This document shows positions 50,854-64,000 of a DNA stretch of 64,000 nt, one piece after another (the stretch's first letter is position 1; every line of letters begins with the position of its first letter). The DNA is taken from positions 2,792,001 to 2,856,000 of the forward strand of contig NW_024704742.1 of assembly GCF_018977255.1 (NCBI RefSeq), in the 5' to 3' direction. Position numbers and translations under genes: made by a program. The notes beneath the pieces were generated by a model. It worked only from the letters and a program-made list of their open reading frames with translations, did no database searches and was not told the origin of the DNA. This DNA comes from Callorhinchus milii. Its lineage: Eukaryota.

Positions 50854-50984
50854 CCTCCCGATGTGAAAGGCACTTTACAAGTGTAACTTTGTTGTTGTAG
50901 TTGTTCACGTTAGCCGATCTGAGAAGTCCAAGACTGAGGCTGAGTACAGCACACATTTCACGCTTAGTCAGCAGATAATGAATG

Positions 50985-53070
50985 GCATGAGACTAATTAT
51001 ACAACTAGGTTAGAAGAAGAGTTCATTGAGTGTATGAGAGATACCTTTGTAGAGCAGCTGCCGAGGAACCGACCAGGGGACAGGCCATCCTGGACCTTGT
51101 TTTGTGTAACGAAACAGGGCAAGTTGGCAGTGTAGGTATTAAGACCCCTCTGGGGCAGAGTGATCACAATATGATTGAATTCTGCACTAAGTTAGAGAGG
51201 GATACAGTTACATCCGAGGCAAGTATTCTGAATTTAAATAGGGCTAATTGTGTAGGTATGAGGAAAGATTTAGGTAAAATAGACTGGAGAATAAGATTAA
51301 GAGGTAAAAATGTAGTCCAATAGTGGCAAATATTTAAGGATGTAGTGCAAAATCCTCAGCGGTCGCATATTCCCTGGCAGAATAAGAGTACCACAGGGAA
51401 AGCAATTCATCCGAGTCTAACTAGAGCAGTTTAGGGAGAGCATCAAATTAGAAGAAAAAGCTTATAAAACTGCCAAGAAAAGCGGCAAATCTGACGATTG
51501 GGAGAGTTTTAGAAACCGGCAAACAAAAAATAAAAAACTCATTAAGAGCGAGAAAAAGGAGTATGAGGGTAAGCTCGCTGGGAACATTAAGCCTGATTGT
51601 AAAAGTTTTTACAAATACATTAAGAGGAATAGGCGAGTGAGGGTAAATGTAGGTCCACTTCAGTCAGAGACGGGAGAAGTTGTAATGGGGGACAAGGACT
51701 AAATGGGGACACTTTGCATCTGTCTTCACCTTAGAAGACACAACCAGTCTGCCAACAATAGAGATGCACCAAAGGGGATCAGGACAGGGAGCAACTTAGG
51801 GAAATTTTCATTAGTAGAGAATTGGTACGAGGGAAACTGTTAGCACTAAAAAGTGACAAATCCCCTTGTCCGGATGGTTTGCATCCCAGGGTTTTAAAAG
51901 AGGAGCTTATGAGACAGTTGGAGGCCTAATGTCTGATCTTCCAAATTCCAAAAGGCCCATGGAATTAGGGGGAGCATATTAACGTAGATTGGGGAATGGT
52001 TAACGGGTAGGAAACAAAGAGTAGGGATAAACGGGTTCCTTTCAGATTGGCGGGATGTGACTGGTGGAGTGCCACAAGGATCAGTCCTTGGGCCTCAGCT
52101 ATTTACCATCTACATTAACGATGTAGATGAGGACATCAAAGTTAACATATCTAAATTTGCGGATGACACAAAATTAGGAGGAAGTGTCAACACAGAGGAT
52201 GACATTAAAAAAATGCAACGCGACATAGATAGGTTTGGTGATTGGGCAGGTGGGTGGCAGATGAAGTATAATGTAGGGAAGTGCGAAGTCATCCACTTAG
52301 GTAGCAAAAACAGTAGAGTGCGTTATTTTTTAGAAGGGGAGAGATTGGAATGTGTTCGCCTCCAGAGGGACTCGGGTGTCCTTGTACACCAATCACAGAA
52401 AGTTAGTCTGCAGGTGCAGCAGCAATTAGGAAGGCGAACGGTATGTTAGCATTCATTATGCAAGGATTAGAGTATAAGAGTAGGGAAGTCTTGCTGCACC
52501 TGTAGAGAGCCCCGGTGAGACCACACCTGGAATACTGTGTGCAGTTTTGGTTCCTTATTTAAGGAAGGACGTACTGGCCTTGGAGGGGGTGCAGCGTCGA
52601 TTCACTAGGTTAGTGCCAGGGATGAAGGGGATGAGTTACGAGGGTAGGCTGACCAATTTGGGCCTATATTTTCTGGAATATGGAAGAATTAGAGGGGATC
52701 TTATAGAAACCAAAGGGCAATGATAGAGTAGATAGTGGGAGATTGTTTCCCCCGGTTGGAGAAACTAAAACCAGGGGTCACAGCCTTAAAATCAGAGGCA
52801 GCCCTTTCGCACTGAGTTGAAAAACTTCTTCACTCAAATGGTGGTGAATGTATGGAACTCAGTCCTTGAACATATTCAAGACTCAGATAGATAGATTTCT
52901 TATTGCAAAAGGGATTAAGGGATATGGGGATAAGGCAGAGTTAGGTTATTAGCTGGAGTTAGATTAGAAGATCAGCCATGATTGAATGGTGGGGCAGAGG
53001 CTCGAACGTCCAAATGGCCTACTCCTGCTCCTACACTTTATGTTATGTTATGTTACGTTATATTATGTTA
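50985..53070 (+). mobile_element. CR1 LINE, 5'-truncated, decayed ORF2 with internal deletion
   Basis: Endonuclease end PTRGQAILDLVL...LGQSDHNMIEF; RT GVPQGSVLGPQLFTIYIND...KFADDTKLGG; stops and frameshifts; deletion at about 51950; terminus aatggcctactcctgctcc plus (TATGT)n. Confidence 0.96.
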
Positions 53071-53319
53071 AATGGAATGGATGTTCGAGAGATGCTCGAG
53101 TTGTATTTTTTTTAAAAGTTCTTCTGTGTAGTTTTACACAGTCCGATGGAGCCCAATCCAGTACGGGGGGGCATCTGAGGGGAGTTCTGGTACTCGACAA
53201 AACATTAAGAGGAGCTTAAAATTTGCCACATGTCATGAAACACACGATGCAACGTAAAATATCCAGACAAATGAGTTATTAACTAGTTGTATTCTAGGTA
53301 TTGTGAATGAGGAAGGCAC

Positions 53320-53450
53320 TGTGTAGTACACACTGTGTAGTACTCTACTGATTTCCCTATACGTACAGCACAGTACACAAGTGAACCCCCCAATGCACAC
53401 TGTGAAGTATACCACTGAGTCCCCTACACACAACTTGTGAGCCCCTAAAC
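53320..53450. repeat. Degenerate 33-bp minisatellite, about 3-4 units
   Basis: gtgtagtactctactgatttccctatacgtaca / gcacagtacacaagtgaacccccaatgcacact / gtgaagtataccactgagtcccctacacacaac. Confidence 0.6.
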
Positions 53451-54394
53451 ACACAGCGTTGTGTTAGATTCCCTCTGTATTGCGGCAATGACATCCAGAG
53501 GAATGATGTCGAAACTGTGAGGAAAAAAAAACAAACCAAACATAACAGCAGGCAGACCCTATTCCTGGATAACTCAATCCGTTTTACTCCAAACGAGCAC
53601 CACGGGCTTTCAAAGGTTTATTTATAGTTTAGTTTTTAGTTAAAAAAAGCACTTATAAGATTCTCACATCTTTTGCAGAACAAAGCAGTAAGAGTCCAAC
53701 TCTTGTTGCTCAGGATTATTTCACTTTAATGCCACACGTTAATCACATCCTTTCTTCTTACTCAGTGTGAGGCCATCCTTTGCTTTGTAGTGTTAGTCTT
53801 GTGGTTTCTGCGGGGGGGTGGGGAAAAAAAAACAAGGTTTTACGTTATTTCATCTTGCTCTCTCCGTTCTCTCGTGAGTCTATTTTACGCCCCAAACGAA
53901 AAGTGGAATTAACAGACAAAATGGGGAGTTGTTAAAGCCGAAGCAACACAACTGTAAAAGTAAGCTGAACCGTGCATCCCTCATGTTCTGAGAAGGTTTT
54001 ACAGGTCACAGTGAAACTTCTGTCAGTATCGTCACAGCCTTTCACAGTGGTCATTAGCGGGACACAGCGGGATTAACATTAAGAATGAGTGAGTGGTCAG
54101 ATTTCTACGCGTGTTCTGTGGGGTTTGCGGGAGCTGAAGAAGATCCATAATTTACTATCTCGGTTTCTTGGCTGATAAAGAGTCCGTCTTCGTGGTAATT
54201 GATGTACAGATACAACTTGCAGTTAGAGCAATAAAGGACAATGGATAGTTTGCTCTTGTAAAGGCGATAATGTCTGAAACTTTGCCGCCACTCAACAGTT
54301 TCCAAGGTTCAGCACCGACACCCCCAGTCAGGGTTGAATTCACGTGAGAAGGTATGATGGAAACCTCTACGTCTATTCAAGTAAAGAAAGGGTC

Positions 54395-54786
54395 AATAAT
54401 CTTCACTGAAGAGTGCTGACAAGAGAGAACACACACCCAGTGCACATCCCATTGGTATACACCCCGGATCCCACTCCTCCACCCACCCGCCCCTTCCCTC
54501 AGCTGGCTCCAGTTTCCTGGACGTCCCTCTTCCCTCCACTCCACCCTCGGCGACCTTGTTTTCAGCCTCTACGCCCTGGGACTCTGGAACTCTTACTGGC
54601 TCAATGCCTGCCTTGCCCCCTCCTTGTCCGTCATCAGATTACACCTGAAAAGCTTCTTCTTTGACCGTGTCTATGATCACCTCCCCTCTCTGCCTGTCTT
54701 GGCGAAAAACTCCGCCACTGTAAAACCCTCTGAGATTCTGCCCCACGTGAAAGGCACCATATAAATGCAAGTTGTTCTAGTTATTG
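54395..54786 (+). mobile_element. L2 3' end with a 60-bp non-L2 leader
   Basis: Matches 46930-47225 from about 54457; tail gtgaaaggcaccatataaatgcaagttgtt. Confidence 0.8.
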
Positions 54787-55316
54787 TAAGAGTCTTGCTG
54801 CCCCCTCATTATCCATTTACCGAATATTACAAACGAGAACAAGGTCCCCGTCTGCAAATTAGCTCTCAGTGAGAGTCCATGCTACAGCGTCCATTACATT
54901 AATCAGTATTCTACACACTAGACCTTACAGAGCACCTGCGGGATATAGAAAATCCTGCTTTATGTAATATAGTGCTCTTCCTTGCATTTGATGTATCTTC
55001 TTATCAAGTCATCGAAGCGTTTCAAAGCACTTCGCAGGAATTATTGCAGAGCGTAGTGACTGCATATTTATAGGCAAACGCAGCAGCCAATTTGCACACA
55101 TCAGTGCCCCAGAAACAGCTAGATATGAATGGCCAATTTTATCTGGGGGATTGTTGGTGTTATGTTGAATATGTGAAGCAATGATATGCTCTAGTCACTA
55201 CCAATTGTCGATGGTGATTAAGAGCTGGACATGTTCTTGGCTATCGAGTGAGTCACATTGAATGTAAATGACTGGCTGGTTTGCCCTATTCTTTGGTGGC
55301 TGAACCTGTGAGTAAA

Positions 55317-55522
55317 TGGCTTGAGCCAGAGAGTTCCAGAGTCCCAGGGCTTAGTGGCTGAAAACACGATAGCCGAGGGTGGAACGGAGGGGAAGAGGGA
55401 CGTACGTACAGGAGACTGGAGCCAGCTGAGAGAAGTGGGTTGGGTGGAGGAGTGGGATCCGGGATGTATACCAACGGGATGTGTGTGTTCTCCCTTGTTA
55501 GCACTCTTCGGTGAAGATTATT
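55317..55522 (-). repeat. Inverted copy of 54395-54608
   Basis: Same leader aataatcttcac-gaagagtgct-acaag-gagaacacacac and same L2 segment; an old minus SINE at 54975-55160 lies between them. Confidence 0.88.
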
Positions 55523-56656
55523 ATTTCTTTGCTGTTTACGCCGAGAAAACTCGCTGTCGTGGCATTATCTTCTCTGCGTTATTTTTTTTTGAAATAAAAT
55601 CAAAGGTTTGAACACTTGAATCGTCGACCCGGAGTTACCGTGACTTTATGTTTATTTGCTTAAAAAAAAAAGTCCACATGGGAGGCAGTGGGCAGAATGA
55701 CAAATATCACTTGCATTGTGTTCAAATGTTTTGAGTCTGTGCCTAATGCATCTGAATAATGGCTCTAATACCCCTCTGGCGCTAATACCTCTTGATTCTT
55801 TGGCCAGCTCGGCTCGCGTTTTGAAGGTCACTGCAAAACAAAACACCGTTCCAGCAGTAACTACAATCTTGGCCTTGGACGAACTTACAAGAAAATCAAG
55901 TTCCGGCTAAGTTCGCTGTTCAATGTTGTGGAGAAAAAAAGAACATCAGAGACCAGTGACATTCGTCTCATCCAGCATTTCAGAAGTTGAACGATTAAAC
56001 GATCTTGTAGTTCTTGCTACGGGACTCAGTCGTCTGTCTCTCTTGTAGCTCATTTTGTTTTATATATCCACTCACCCCCCCCCCCCCCCACCACCGCCAA
56101 AAAAAATTTCCAACAAAAAAAACTTTGTGTCTAATCCCGGGAGTGAACTTTAAAGGACTTAATCTTCAGACATGCAGAAAGGAGATTAGAAATATTACGG
56201 ATTCTTGAAGTTTAATAGGATCAGAAGGATTCTCTTACATCCGTGTGCCTCCAAGACATAATCTCTGACTAATTAAGAAATTACAATGTAAAGTCTGTGC
56301 CTCGACTTGCGCTCAATGACATCAACGCCTGGCAACCCAACACACGAATTCTAAGGCGACCAACACTGACACCGTCTGACGCTAGCGTGTTTCTATCTGA
56401 CACGGATGCACAGCCCAAAACTTTCATGCGCTCTGCACTGCGGAGAGCTGCTGTGAACTGTTTAAACTCTGGAACAATACGATGTCGGAGCATTCAAAGA
56501 TTTCGGCTTATCGGTCGTCGACAGTTAACGCAGTCAAATCTTCAACAAAGGGCGCGTTTGATGATAGTAGCTTTGAACGTTTCTCATGACACCAGATATT
56601 TCATGCCTACCCGCGGATATGGAGGGAAGGGGCAAACAGGATTCCTCAATAGTTAT

Positions 56657-56800
56657 AATAAAAACAGAAGTCCCTGGGTACACTCAGCATCTATGGAGAG
56701 AGGAAAGTGAATTAACGTATCAGGTTGATGACTTGCTGAGTGTTCCCAGCCACTTCTGTTTTTATTTCAGATTTCCAGCACCTGCAGTATTTTGTCTTTG
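56657..56800. repeat. Palindromic shark-type repeat (probably Penelope-derived)
   Basis: 33-bp inverted arms 56657-56689 and 56734-56766 (30/33 match), followed by tcagatttccagcacctgcagtatttt. Confidence 0.7.
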
Positions 56801-56832
56801 TATTTTGCCTGTAAATGTTATGTTATGTTTCT

Positions 56833-56950
56833 ACATAATATAATAATCCTTGCATTTGATGCAGCGCCTGATCACATCTTCGAGACGTCTCAAAAACTCT
56901 TCGCAGGATATACTGTAAGGTGAATTGACTGTACGTTGAGCGGGCAAAAA
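56833..56950 (-). mobile_element. SINE 3' fragment
   Basis: Tail in reverse; similar minus copies at 57733-57845 and 58725-58915. Confidence 0.85.
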
Positions 56951-59274
56951 GCGTTTCTAGAAGAGAAACATTTTTTCTTAGATGGCCTGTGGATATTTCC
57001 CAAATAGGGCATCTGGTCCTAAGCAGCCAAACAGGTTAGAAATCCCTGCTTTAAATTGTCGCGAGCTCTGTTTGTGATCTGTGGAGCGACACGGTGAATT
57101 AAATTAAATTAAACCGCGCCTGTAGCTTGGTGGGCATTTATCTGTTATCCATGGTCATCCAGTGTATGTGGAGATCGGGAGGGTGGGTTGCAGGGAAGAT
57201 GTGTTTCTGATCCCTGGAGGAGTGGCTGGCAAGAGTATACATTTGTTCTGCTGGCAATGATTATTCCAGGATAAGGGTCTTCATCAATACAATAGCACGT
57301 GTCTGTGTGTCTTCACTATCGGCAATTTGATGGATAGTTCCCTTGGAGATGAATGGAGACTTCCATGGCATCAGTATTGGAATTCAATCTTCAAAAGCCA
57401 ATTCCTGAATTATGGATTCCCGGAGCTAAATTTTGCGGAGAAATAAACGTCACCAGCGCAGTGGAAAACCCATTGCAGAGTTGCAAATAGCGATGCCTGT
57501 CAGGAGACTGAAAGTGCCAACCCTGCAAGTGTTTCACTCCAGAAATGTTGGAGCGATCTTCCTCCAGATCAGCATGACAGAATGCCAGTTAGCAGCAGGA
57601 ATGTCTGCTTGTCGCTCATGTTACCCTTGTTTCCACACCCCATTGTGCGTGTTGGCAAAACTACCGTTAATCACTCCAAGTAAACTTTACTTTAAAAAGG
57701 CAGAATTGCACCCTTTGAGAATATCGTTATAAGAATAATAATCCTTCCATTTTGATAGAGCGCCTCATCCGGTCATTGAGACGTCTCAAAGACCCTCACG
57801 GAACATATTGTAGAGCGGATTGGCTGCCTATTTTGTGGGCGAAACAGCTTGTTGAAATGGTTAACGGAAACAATATTTGTATTTAAGAAAGGGAGAGAGA
57901 GAGAGAGAGAGAGACTATCTTGCTTGTCAGCATGCAATGGCAGCTTGTGGATGAGCCTGGATTCTGCACGAATCCACCATTCGTTTGGAAGTCACCGGTT
58001 GCTTATCCGACTGTTGCAGGACTCCTGATAGTAGCTTTAGTGCATCCCTCAAGGAGACCTGGTATGTTGGGCCCTGCTGCTGCCAGACATTCATGGTTAT
58101 TTCACGCCGGTGAGCAATTGCTCTCTAGTTTGATCCAGGTGAAATATTGATCCCCATGGGCAGTCAGATTACTGCTCGCGTCCCACAGAGGGAAAATCCA
58201 TCTCATTTACTTTCAGCACAAGGTGCCACATACGTTGAGCATGAAACCTCGCGTCTGCTCTATAAAACCAGCCAGCAGGACAGGATGACAGTTACTCCTG
58301 AACAAAAGCACCAGGGTTATTATCTTCTGACACATGGCTCCAGATGGCGCATATGGCCAGGGAGATTAGAGTAGGTGGCAGATGCCTGGACTGCTTTCTT
58401 CTCCTCTCAGTCGGTAAAACAGGTTCTGGCCCACTAGCTGGATGAAGATCTCACCTCACTTTATTTTGGTCAGTCGATTGATAAGATGCAACTGGCATGT
58501 TTGTCAGATGCTGACGATTCTGTGCATATCTCCACTCAACCTATACATACGTTACTACCTGTCAGCAGGCGAGAGGGCGATTCCAATCTGTCCTGACTTT
58601 CTTTCTCACTTTCCTGTTATTGGTACAGTTTCATGAGTGTACAATGGAAACATACGCTGGAGAAAGTCGACTGAGAAGCGTATATTAATAATAATATTTG
58701 TGGTTATGTAATTCAGTTACAATTATATAATAATAATTCTGGCATTTGATTTTGTACCTATTCACGGCCGGAGGACATCTCAAATTGTTTCACAGGATTT
58801 GCTGCAAAGTGTATTTAGTGGCTGTCTATTCTACAGGCAATCACAGCAACCAATTTGCACACGGCAATGTACCCACAAACAGAACGACCCGTTTTATCTG
58901 GAAGATTACTTGCCGGGGCATAGGCAATGATCCAGGATTATATGAAATGGCAGGCATTTTAATTTGATTTGGTTGTTTTTTTTCCCTGTGTGGCTGGATG
59001 AGCACGTAACTATTTTTCATTTTTTGTTTTAATTCGCAGAGTTGGACAAATGTGTCCGTTCTATTTGTTTTTCCCTCACTGAGCTCCTGTCTTCCCGCTG
59101 CATACTATGGTCTGTGTTTTTTCCGCTTCAGTGCAGTCAGCTCCTCCCTACAGCGCTCTTGGGGATTGCCCTCTGATTACCACAATTACAATCTGTAGAC
59201 ATTTCATTAAACAAATAGGACTTCTCGGAAGCTTTACCCACAGCCACACACAGCTGGGAGGTGGTGGCTGGTGG

Positions 59275-59340
59275 TCGGGAGGGGGGGTGGGTGGTAGTGG
59301 GGAGGGGGGGTGGGTGGTGGTGGGGAGGGGGGGTGGCTGG
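59275..59340 (+). repeat. G-rich ~21-bp tandem repeat with G-quadruplex potential
   Basis: gggaggggggtgggtggtggtg-like unit, three copies. Confidence 0.75.
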
Positions 59341-59589
59341 CAAGGCTTTTCTTCTGTCGAAACGTGCTGACAGGTTTCAAAAGTCCCTGAGTGGCTGAAT
59401 AACAAGTGGTGCTTAAAACCAACCTGGATTCTATTTTAATCTGATCGAATCACAAAAATGATCTAAGCCGTCGGTATTTTTCATGACCTGGTGCAACTCT
59501 TTAAACACACAATCTGGTTTTCAGATCCCTCCCTCTCTTCCTCCCTCTTTTTCTCATCCCTCCCTCTAAGAAGCCACGGTCAGTAAGTG

Positions 59590-60000
59590 TCTGGTCTCTC
59601 CATTTCCTTGAGTTTAGAAGGTTGAGGGGTGATCTGATTTGAGGTGTTTAAAATGATACCAAGGGATTTCATAGGGTATCTAACAGAGAAACTGTTTCCT
59701 CTGGTGGAGGAATCCAGAACAAGGCGGGGCATCTGGAGAATTGGAGCTCGGCTAAATCTGAAAGTATTTTTTCCACGCAAAGGGTCGTGGAGATGTGGTA
59801 CTCTGTACCGCAACAAGCCGTGGATTTTGGATCCATTAACATTTTCAAGACTGATGTGGATAGATATTTGGTAGGTCAGGGTATCGAGGGATATGGAGCA
59901 AAGGCAGGTAACTGGAGTTCAGGTACAGATCAGCCATGATCTAATAGTGGCAGAAGAAGCACGAGGGGCTGAATGGCCTATTCCTGTTCCAATGTTCCTA
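59590..60000 (+). mobile_element. CR1 LINE 3' end
   Basis: SLEFRRLRGDLI...EKLFPLVEESRTRG; terminus gaatggcctattcctgttcc. An older CR1 end lies at 60790-61060. Confidence 0.88.
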
Positions 60001-61594
60001 AATTTACTCAGTCTTTTATCGAAGGCATAGCTGAATTTCGGGACCCAAGGGAGGTGAACCTGCCTCAGAAGCCTTTGAATCCTGAATAAATCGACTCCAT
60101 TCTCAGAAAAATTAGCTCATTTGTTTGTGCAAAGTTTTAATTGATTTTCTTTGAAGAACAACGATTCGTTCGGACTACGTTTGTCCTGACAAAAAGTTGT
60201 TAGCTCCGGGCAAATGAATAAGGCCTCAATTAGAAATGGCAGGAATGAGCTTTCCTATTATGGATCTGTCAGACAGCTTTGGAGTGTTGGTGGAAGTCTC
60301 AGATTAATTTGATACGATGAAACTGTGATTTCTGCCTAGAAGGATATCAGAGGAATGTGGGGTTATGAAACCTGACTTTGATTCCAAACGCAATCCATTT
60401 CACAAAGCATATCAGAGCCTCCGAACAAAGGATAACTGACAGCGAGCAGCAGGTTGCTGGAAAGTAAACCATCGGGGCTTTTTTTTTGCCGCATAACTCG
60501 TGAGATCAATCGAAGGACTTTTTGTGGTTGCGGAGATTTGTGTTTCGGCTTTTTTGAAACGTGTAAATCATTGCTCTCATAATTAGCCCCTCATGTCTAT
60601 GTGTTCAATGCAACATTTTATTATTACTCGCTGGTGATTTGGCAATAGCGCACAAGTCCTTGAATACAACAGAGATCCATCCAACCATCAGCACCCCTAT
60701 CACAAGCTGGAGGTCTCAAGATTGTTTGAGGAATGAGCAACGACGAGACAAGTCGTAAAAATTTAAATGGGTTTAAAAAATGAAACCCACAGCAATACTT
60801 TAGGATGCATCAAGAACCGTAGGATGAGAGGACACTGGTTTGGAGTTGTAAAGGGCGATATCAGGACAGATACCAGGACGTTTTTCTTTATGTAATCGTA
60901 GACGAAAACAGGTTGTTAGAAAAGGTAGTCGAGGCTTGTACACTGGACCCGGTTGGAAAGCAGATTGATGCAGTGATGAGAAGGACAGGAGAGGAAGTGT
61001 GTTGTGGAAGGATGAGATCGGATGGGCTGAAGGGCCTTCTTCATCTGGACTGATCTCGTGACGAGTGTCACCTCAGGTCATTTTTTTTTGCACCAACACC
61101 TCCGAGACTGTGACACGGTGCCTGCTCCTGGTTCAGAACCACAGATCGAACCATGCACATCCGAAATGGTGCAAAGGCTCCATTGAGGGTCGCACGGAAA
61201 GCTTTTCTGTGGGTGCTTGCACAACAGCAATCACACATTGCACTCATACCACCCCTCACGAAGGGTATCAGAGCCCTTAAAATATACAGTACAGGCCAGG
61301 CCCGGGGAGAGCGTATTTCTCCGTTCAAAGGAAGATGTTCTCGTGGAATTTGAATCTCTGCACGCGTGTTTTTTTAAAAAAAAAGTAGATTAAAACAGAG
61401 CACTGCCTGGCAAGGAATAACATTCGCAAAGGGTCTCGACACAACAGCTACGCCCTTCGCTTGTATGTGAGATGTGATTCTCGTGGTTCAACCATGGAGT
61501 TCCTGGAACTGAGGCATGTTGGAGACTAAATGAGAGAGCAACATTGCCTCTTTAGAAAGGAAAGCTGAGCGAAACTACTTTTGACATATATTTA

Positions 61595-61895
61595 TGGAGT
61601 CCTGCAGCTCAGTGGTTAGACCGTTCGCCTCGCTAGCGAGAGGACCTGGGTTCGATTCCCGGCAGGGCGAAACCTGGGGCAAGTTTCCTTACTCCATATG
61701 ACTCAAGAAAATAAAACAATAATCAAATGGTCACTTCAACCCACGGCTGTTTGTGGGGACCTGCTGTGCGCAATTGGCTGCCGCGTTTTGCCCACAAATA
61801 CGCGGTCAATTCACTTTACAGTATATTCTGTGAAACGCTTTGAGACGTCTCGAAGACGTGCAAAGCGCTATATCAAATAGGATTATTATTATTAT
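61595..61895 (+). mobile_element. Young SINE, full length, B-type head without the B segment
   Basis: tggagtcctgcagctcag...cctcgctagcgagaggacctgggttcgattcc, then body and tail. Confidence 0.92.
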
Positions 61896-62399
61896 GTATT
61901 TTATCTTTATGTTTCAGAAAAATCACATAGATATCCCTTACTTTATTCTTTAGAATTTCCTCACTCGCTGAATAAAAAGGCCATCGTTTCGACTCTTCAG
62001 ACGGACCCAACAAACCTGTTTGCCCAATTCCAGGGATTGAGAGGGGAGGGCGAAATCGGATAACTCCCAAACTTGTCAAGTAAAGGAAGATTTTTAAGGA
62101 CACGTTTCAACTGCATTTCACGCGCTCGAGATAATTCACAGCACACGCCGTAACTTAACATAAAGCCAATACAATATAATTTATATTTAGATAGTGTCTT
62201 TCACATTGCAGGAGATCGATCTTAAAGCACTTCACAGAGATGATTGAACACCAGTGCTGGTAGGGGAGGTGGGTGGCTGAATAGGCAGGGCTGTGGGGTG
62301 GGGTGGGGTTGGGGGATTGGCGTAGAGAGAGGGAAAATGGCCAAAATCTTAATTTGGGAAGGGTGAAAGGAGGTCACAAAGGTAACGTACGTAGCACTG

Positions 62400-63300
62400 A
62401 AAATCCTCCTATGCTTTCCTTCTTCTTTAATGAACTTGAATTGCCCATCGAGGATAGCTTTGGGAGCGGCCTAGGACCAGGACAGCAAACTTGCGCCTGT
62501 TGCGAAAGTTCACCCGGCGTTGACGGAGCGAGTCAGGAAGGCTCCGACTTTGCCGGACAGGAGCCTGCCAGGTCTCGTCCAAACCGGATCAAGTCAAGGA
62601 ACGGCGATGGTGGCAGGGCAGCCCACACTGCGGGCAGAGCTTGTAGCAATTTTGAACATGTTGAACCTTCCAGAGGGAGACCTGGGTCTTTAACGCTCCG
62701 AGCCCAACCACTCGGGGGGTGGTGGGGGGGAGCGTGCTTCGCGCAGTTTGGGCTCGGGCTGGCAGTGAGGTGACTCTGCTGGGAGGGAGAGCGGGGATGG
62801 GGGGTGGGGGGGAAGATGGCAGCGCGAGGCTGATCCCGACAGCTGTTGCGGGAAGAGGCCCTGACAGTTGACGGGAGGACGGGCGGCGGTCGAGGCAGCA
62901 GTGAAGTACGACCGTCATTACCGTCCTGCAGATGTCAATATTTTTTTCACAGGCCGGGGGAAGAACGCGCAGACAATCATTGCTCCACACTCCGCGTGAA
63001 GGGATAGCGCGCCCGAGAGAAGAAATAAAAACAAACCCCGGCCAATTAACTCCGCGTGCTGCCGGCCATAGCTTACGCAGCCCAGAGAGAAAGCCTCGAC
63101 TGTGGGGCGGGGGGAGAAGTTCGAACCAACTCCAGGAGGTCCTCACGTAAGGCTCCAGCTTGTACTGATGGATCCCACTTCTTTTCAGTATCTCTGCGGC
63201 CATCAAAGACCGCACTTTGTGTGGTGCTGCCGGAGCACCGGAGGGTAATATTCAAACAAAAGTCCAGGAAAAAAATTCATCGGCTCGAGACAAGGCACTG
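62400..63300. promoter_or_regulatory. GC/CpG-rich repeat-free island, possible promoter or enhancer
   Basis: Visibly dense CpG, GC boxes (gggcgg near 62881 and 63105), ccaat near 63042, G-runs. Confidence 0.4.
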
Positions 63301-64000
63301 GGACACGATGCCAAACTGAAAACACTGCATTTTTTTGGGGTGGGTGGGGAGAGAGGGGGGGGGGCGGGTCAGCTGAGTGTCAGACCCACATTTTATGTCA
63401 GGTACCTTTTAGGAGCACTGCGTGGGGGCAATATGAGCCTTTACGTTGGACCATTTCCCTCTCAGTGCTCCATGTAGGAATCCTAAACGAAATGAGCTCG
63501 GACAGTCAGATCCACAACCCCTGACGCGCAAAGAGGGTGGGGTGGGTGGGGGGCTATAGTCACACACTGATGTTAAGTTGCCGATCTCGCTAGGAGGTCA
63601 CAGGCTGCCTTGAGAGCGAAGGGGCAAAATTCCAGTCGGATGATACAAGACATACGCATCTCAGGACGAAGAGGGGAGTGGAGGAAGCTTTGCTCCGTGT
63701 TTGAAGCTTTTTGATACACATTTCGCCCGGGAACGCTTTTAGGTTTTATATTAAAATTGATATTGTATTCCACCTCACTTAATCCCTCATTTGGTTGTCA
63801 AGGATATCCAGCAAATTTTTCTTTTTTTTTTGCTGCTGCTGCTGCTGCTTGAAAGAAAACGTAACGAGGCAAATGTGGAGTGAACCAACGCTGTGTCCCC
63901 CACACACCCCCCCCCTTCCCTCCTCCCCCACACACCCCCCGCCCCCGTAAGCAGCGTTTCTTCCATTGTTAGTCAGTGACAGGCAGAAAATGCGGACAAC

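Noticed and set aside
62589..63215. 208-aa minus-strand ORF
   Set aside because: GC-rich stop-poor island; no family signature.

Overview
This is eukaryotic, intron-like DNA that is very rich in repeats. The repeat content (tRNA-headed Deu-type SINEs, CR1 and L2 LINE fragments, and a shark-type palindromic repeat) points to a cartilaginous fish, probably a chimaera such as Callorhinchus; that is an inference from repeat resemblance. I recognised no complete host gene, and most ORFs in the track come from SINEs, microsatellites or decayed LINEs. About 40 SINE copies or fragments fall into an old full-Deu-domain layer and a young tRNA-Ala-headed layer with two structural variants. There are also many CR1/L2 fragments, a fossil restriction-like endonuclease of an R4-clade (Dong/Rex6-type) retrotransposon, and two unclassified old repeat families. 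Within repeat-free islands, three + strand candidate exons (10875-10923, 22922-23029, 34755-34907) splice in phase 1 into a 103-aa open N-terminus. It has a signal-peptide-like start, a dibasic site and an N-glycosylation sequon, but no homologue I can name. The first predicted intron contains a textbook recursive-splice-site motif (tag|gtaagt at 20497-20505). Repeat boundaries were read by eye and are approximate; exon calls are unverified predictions.
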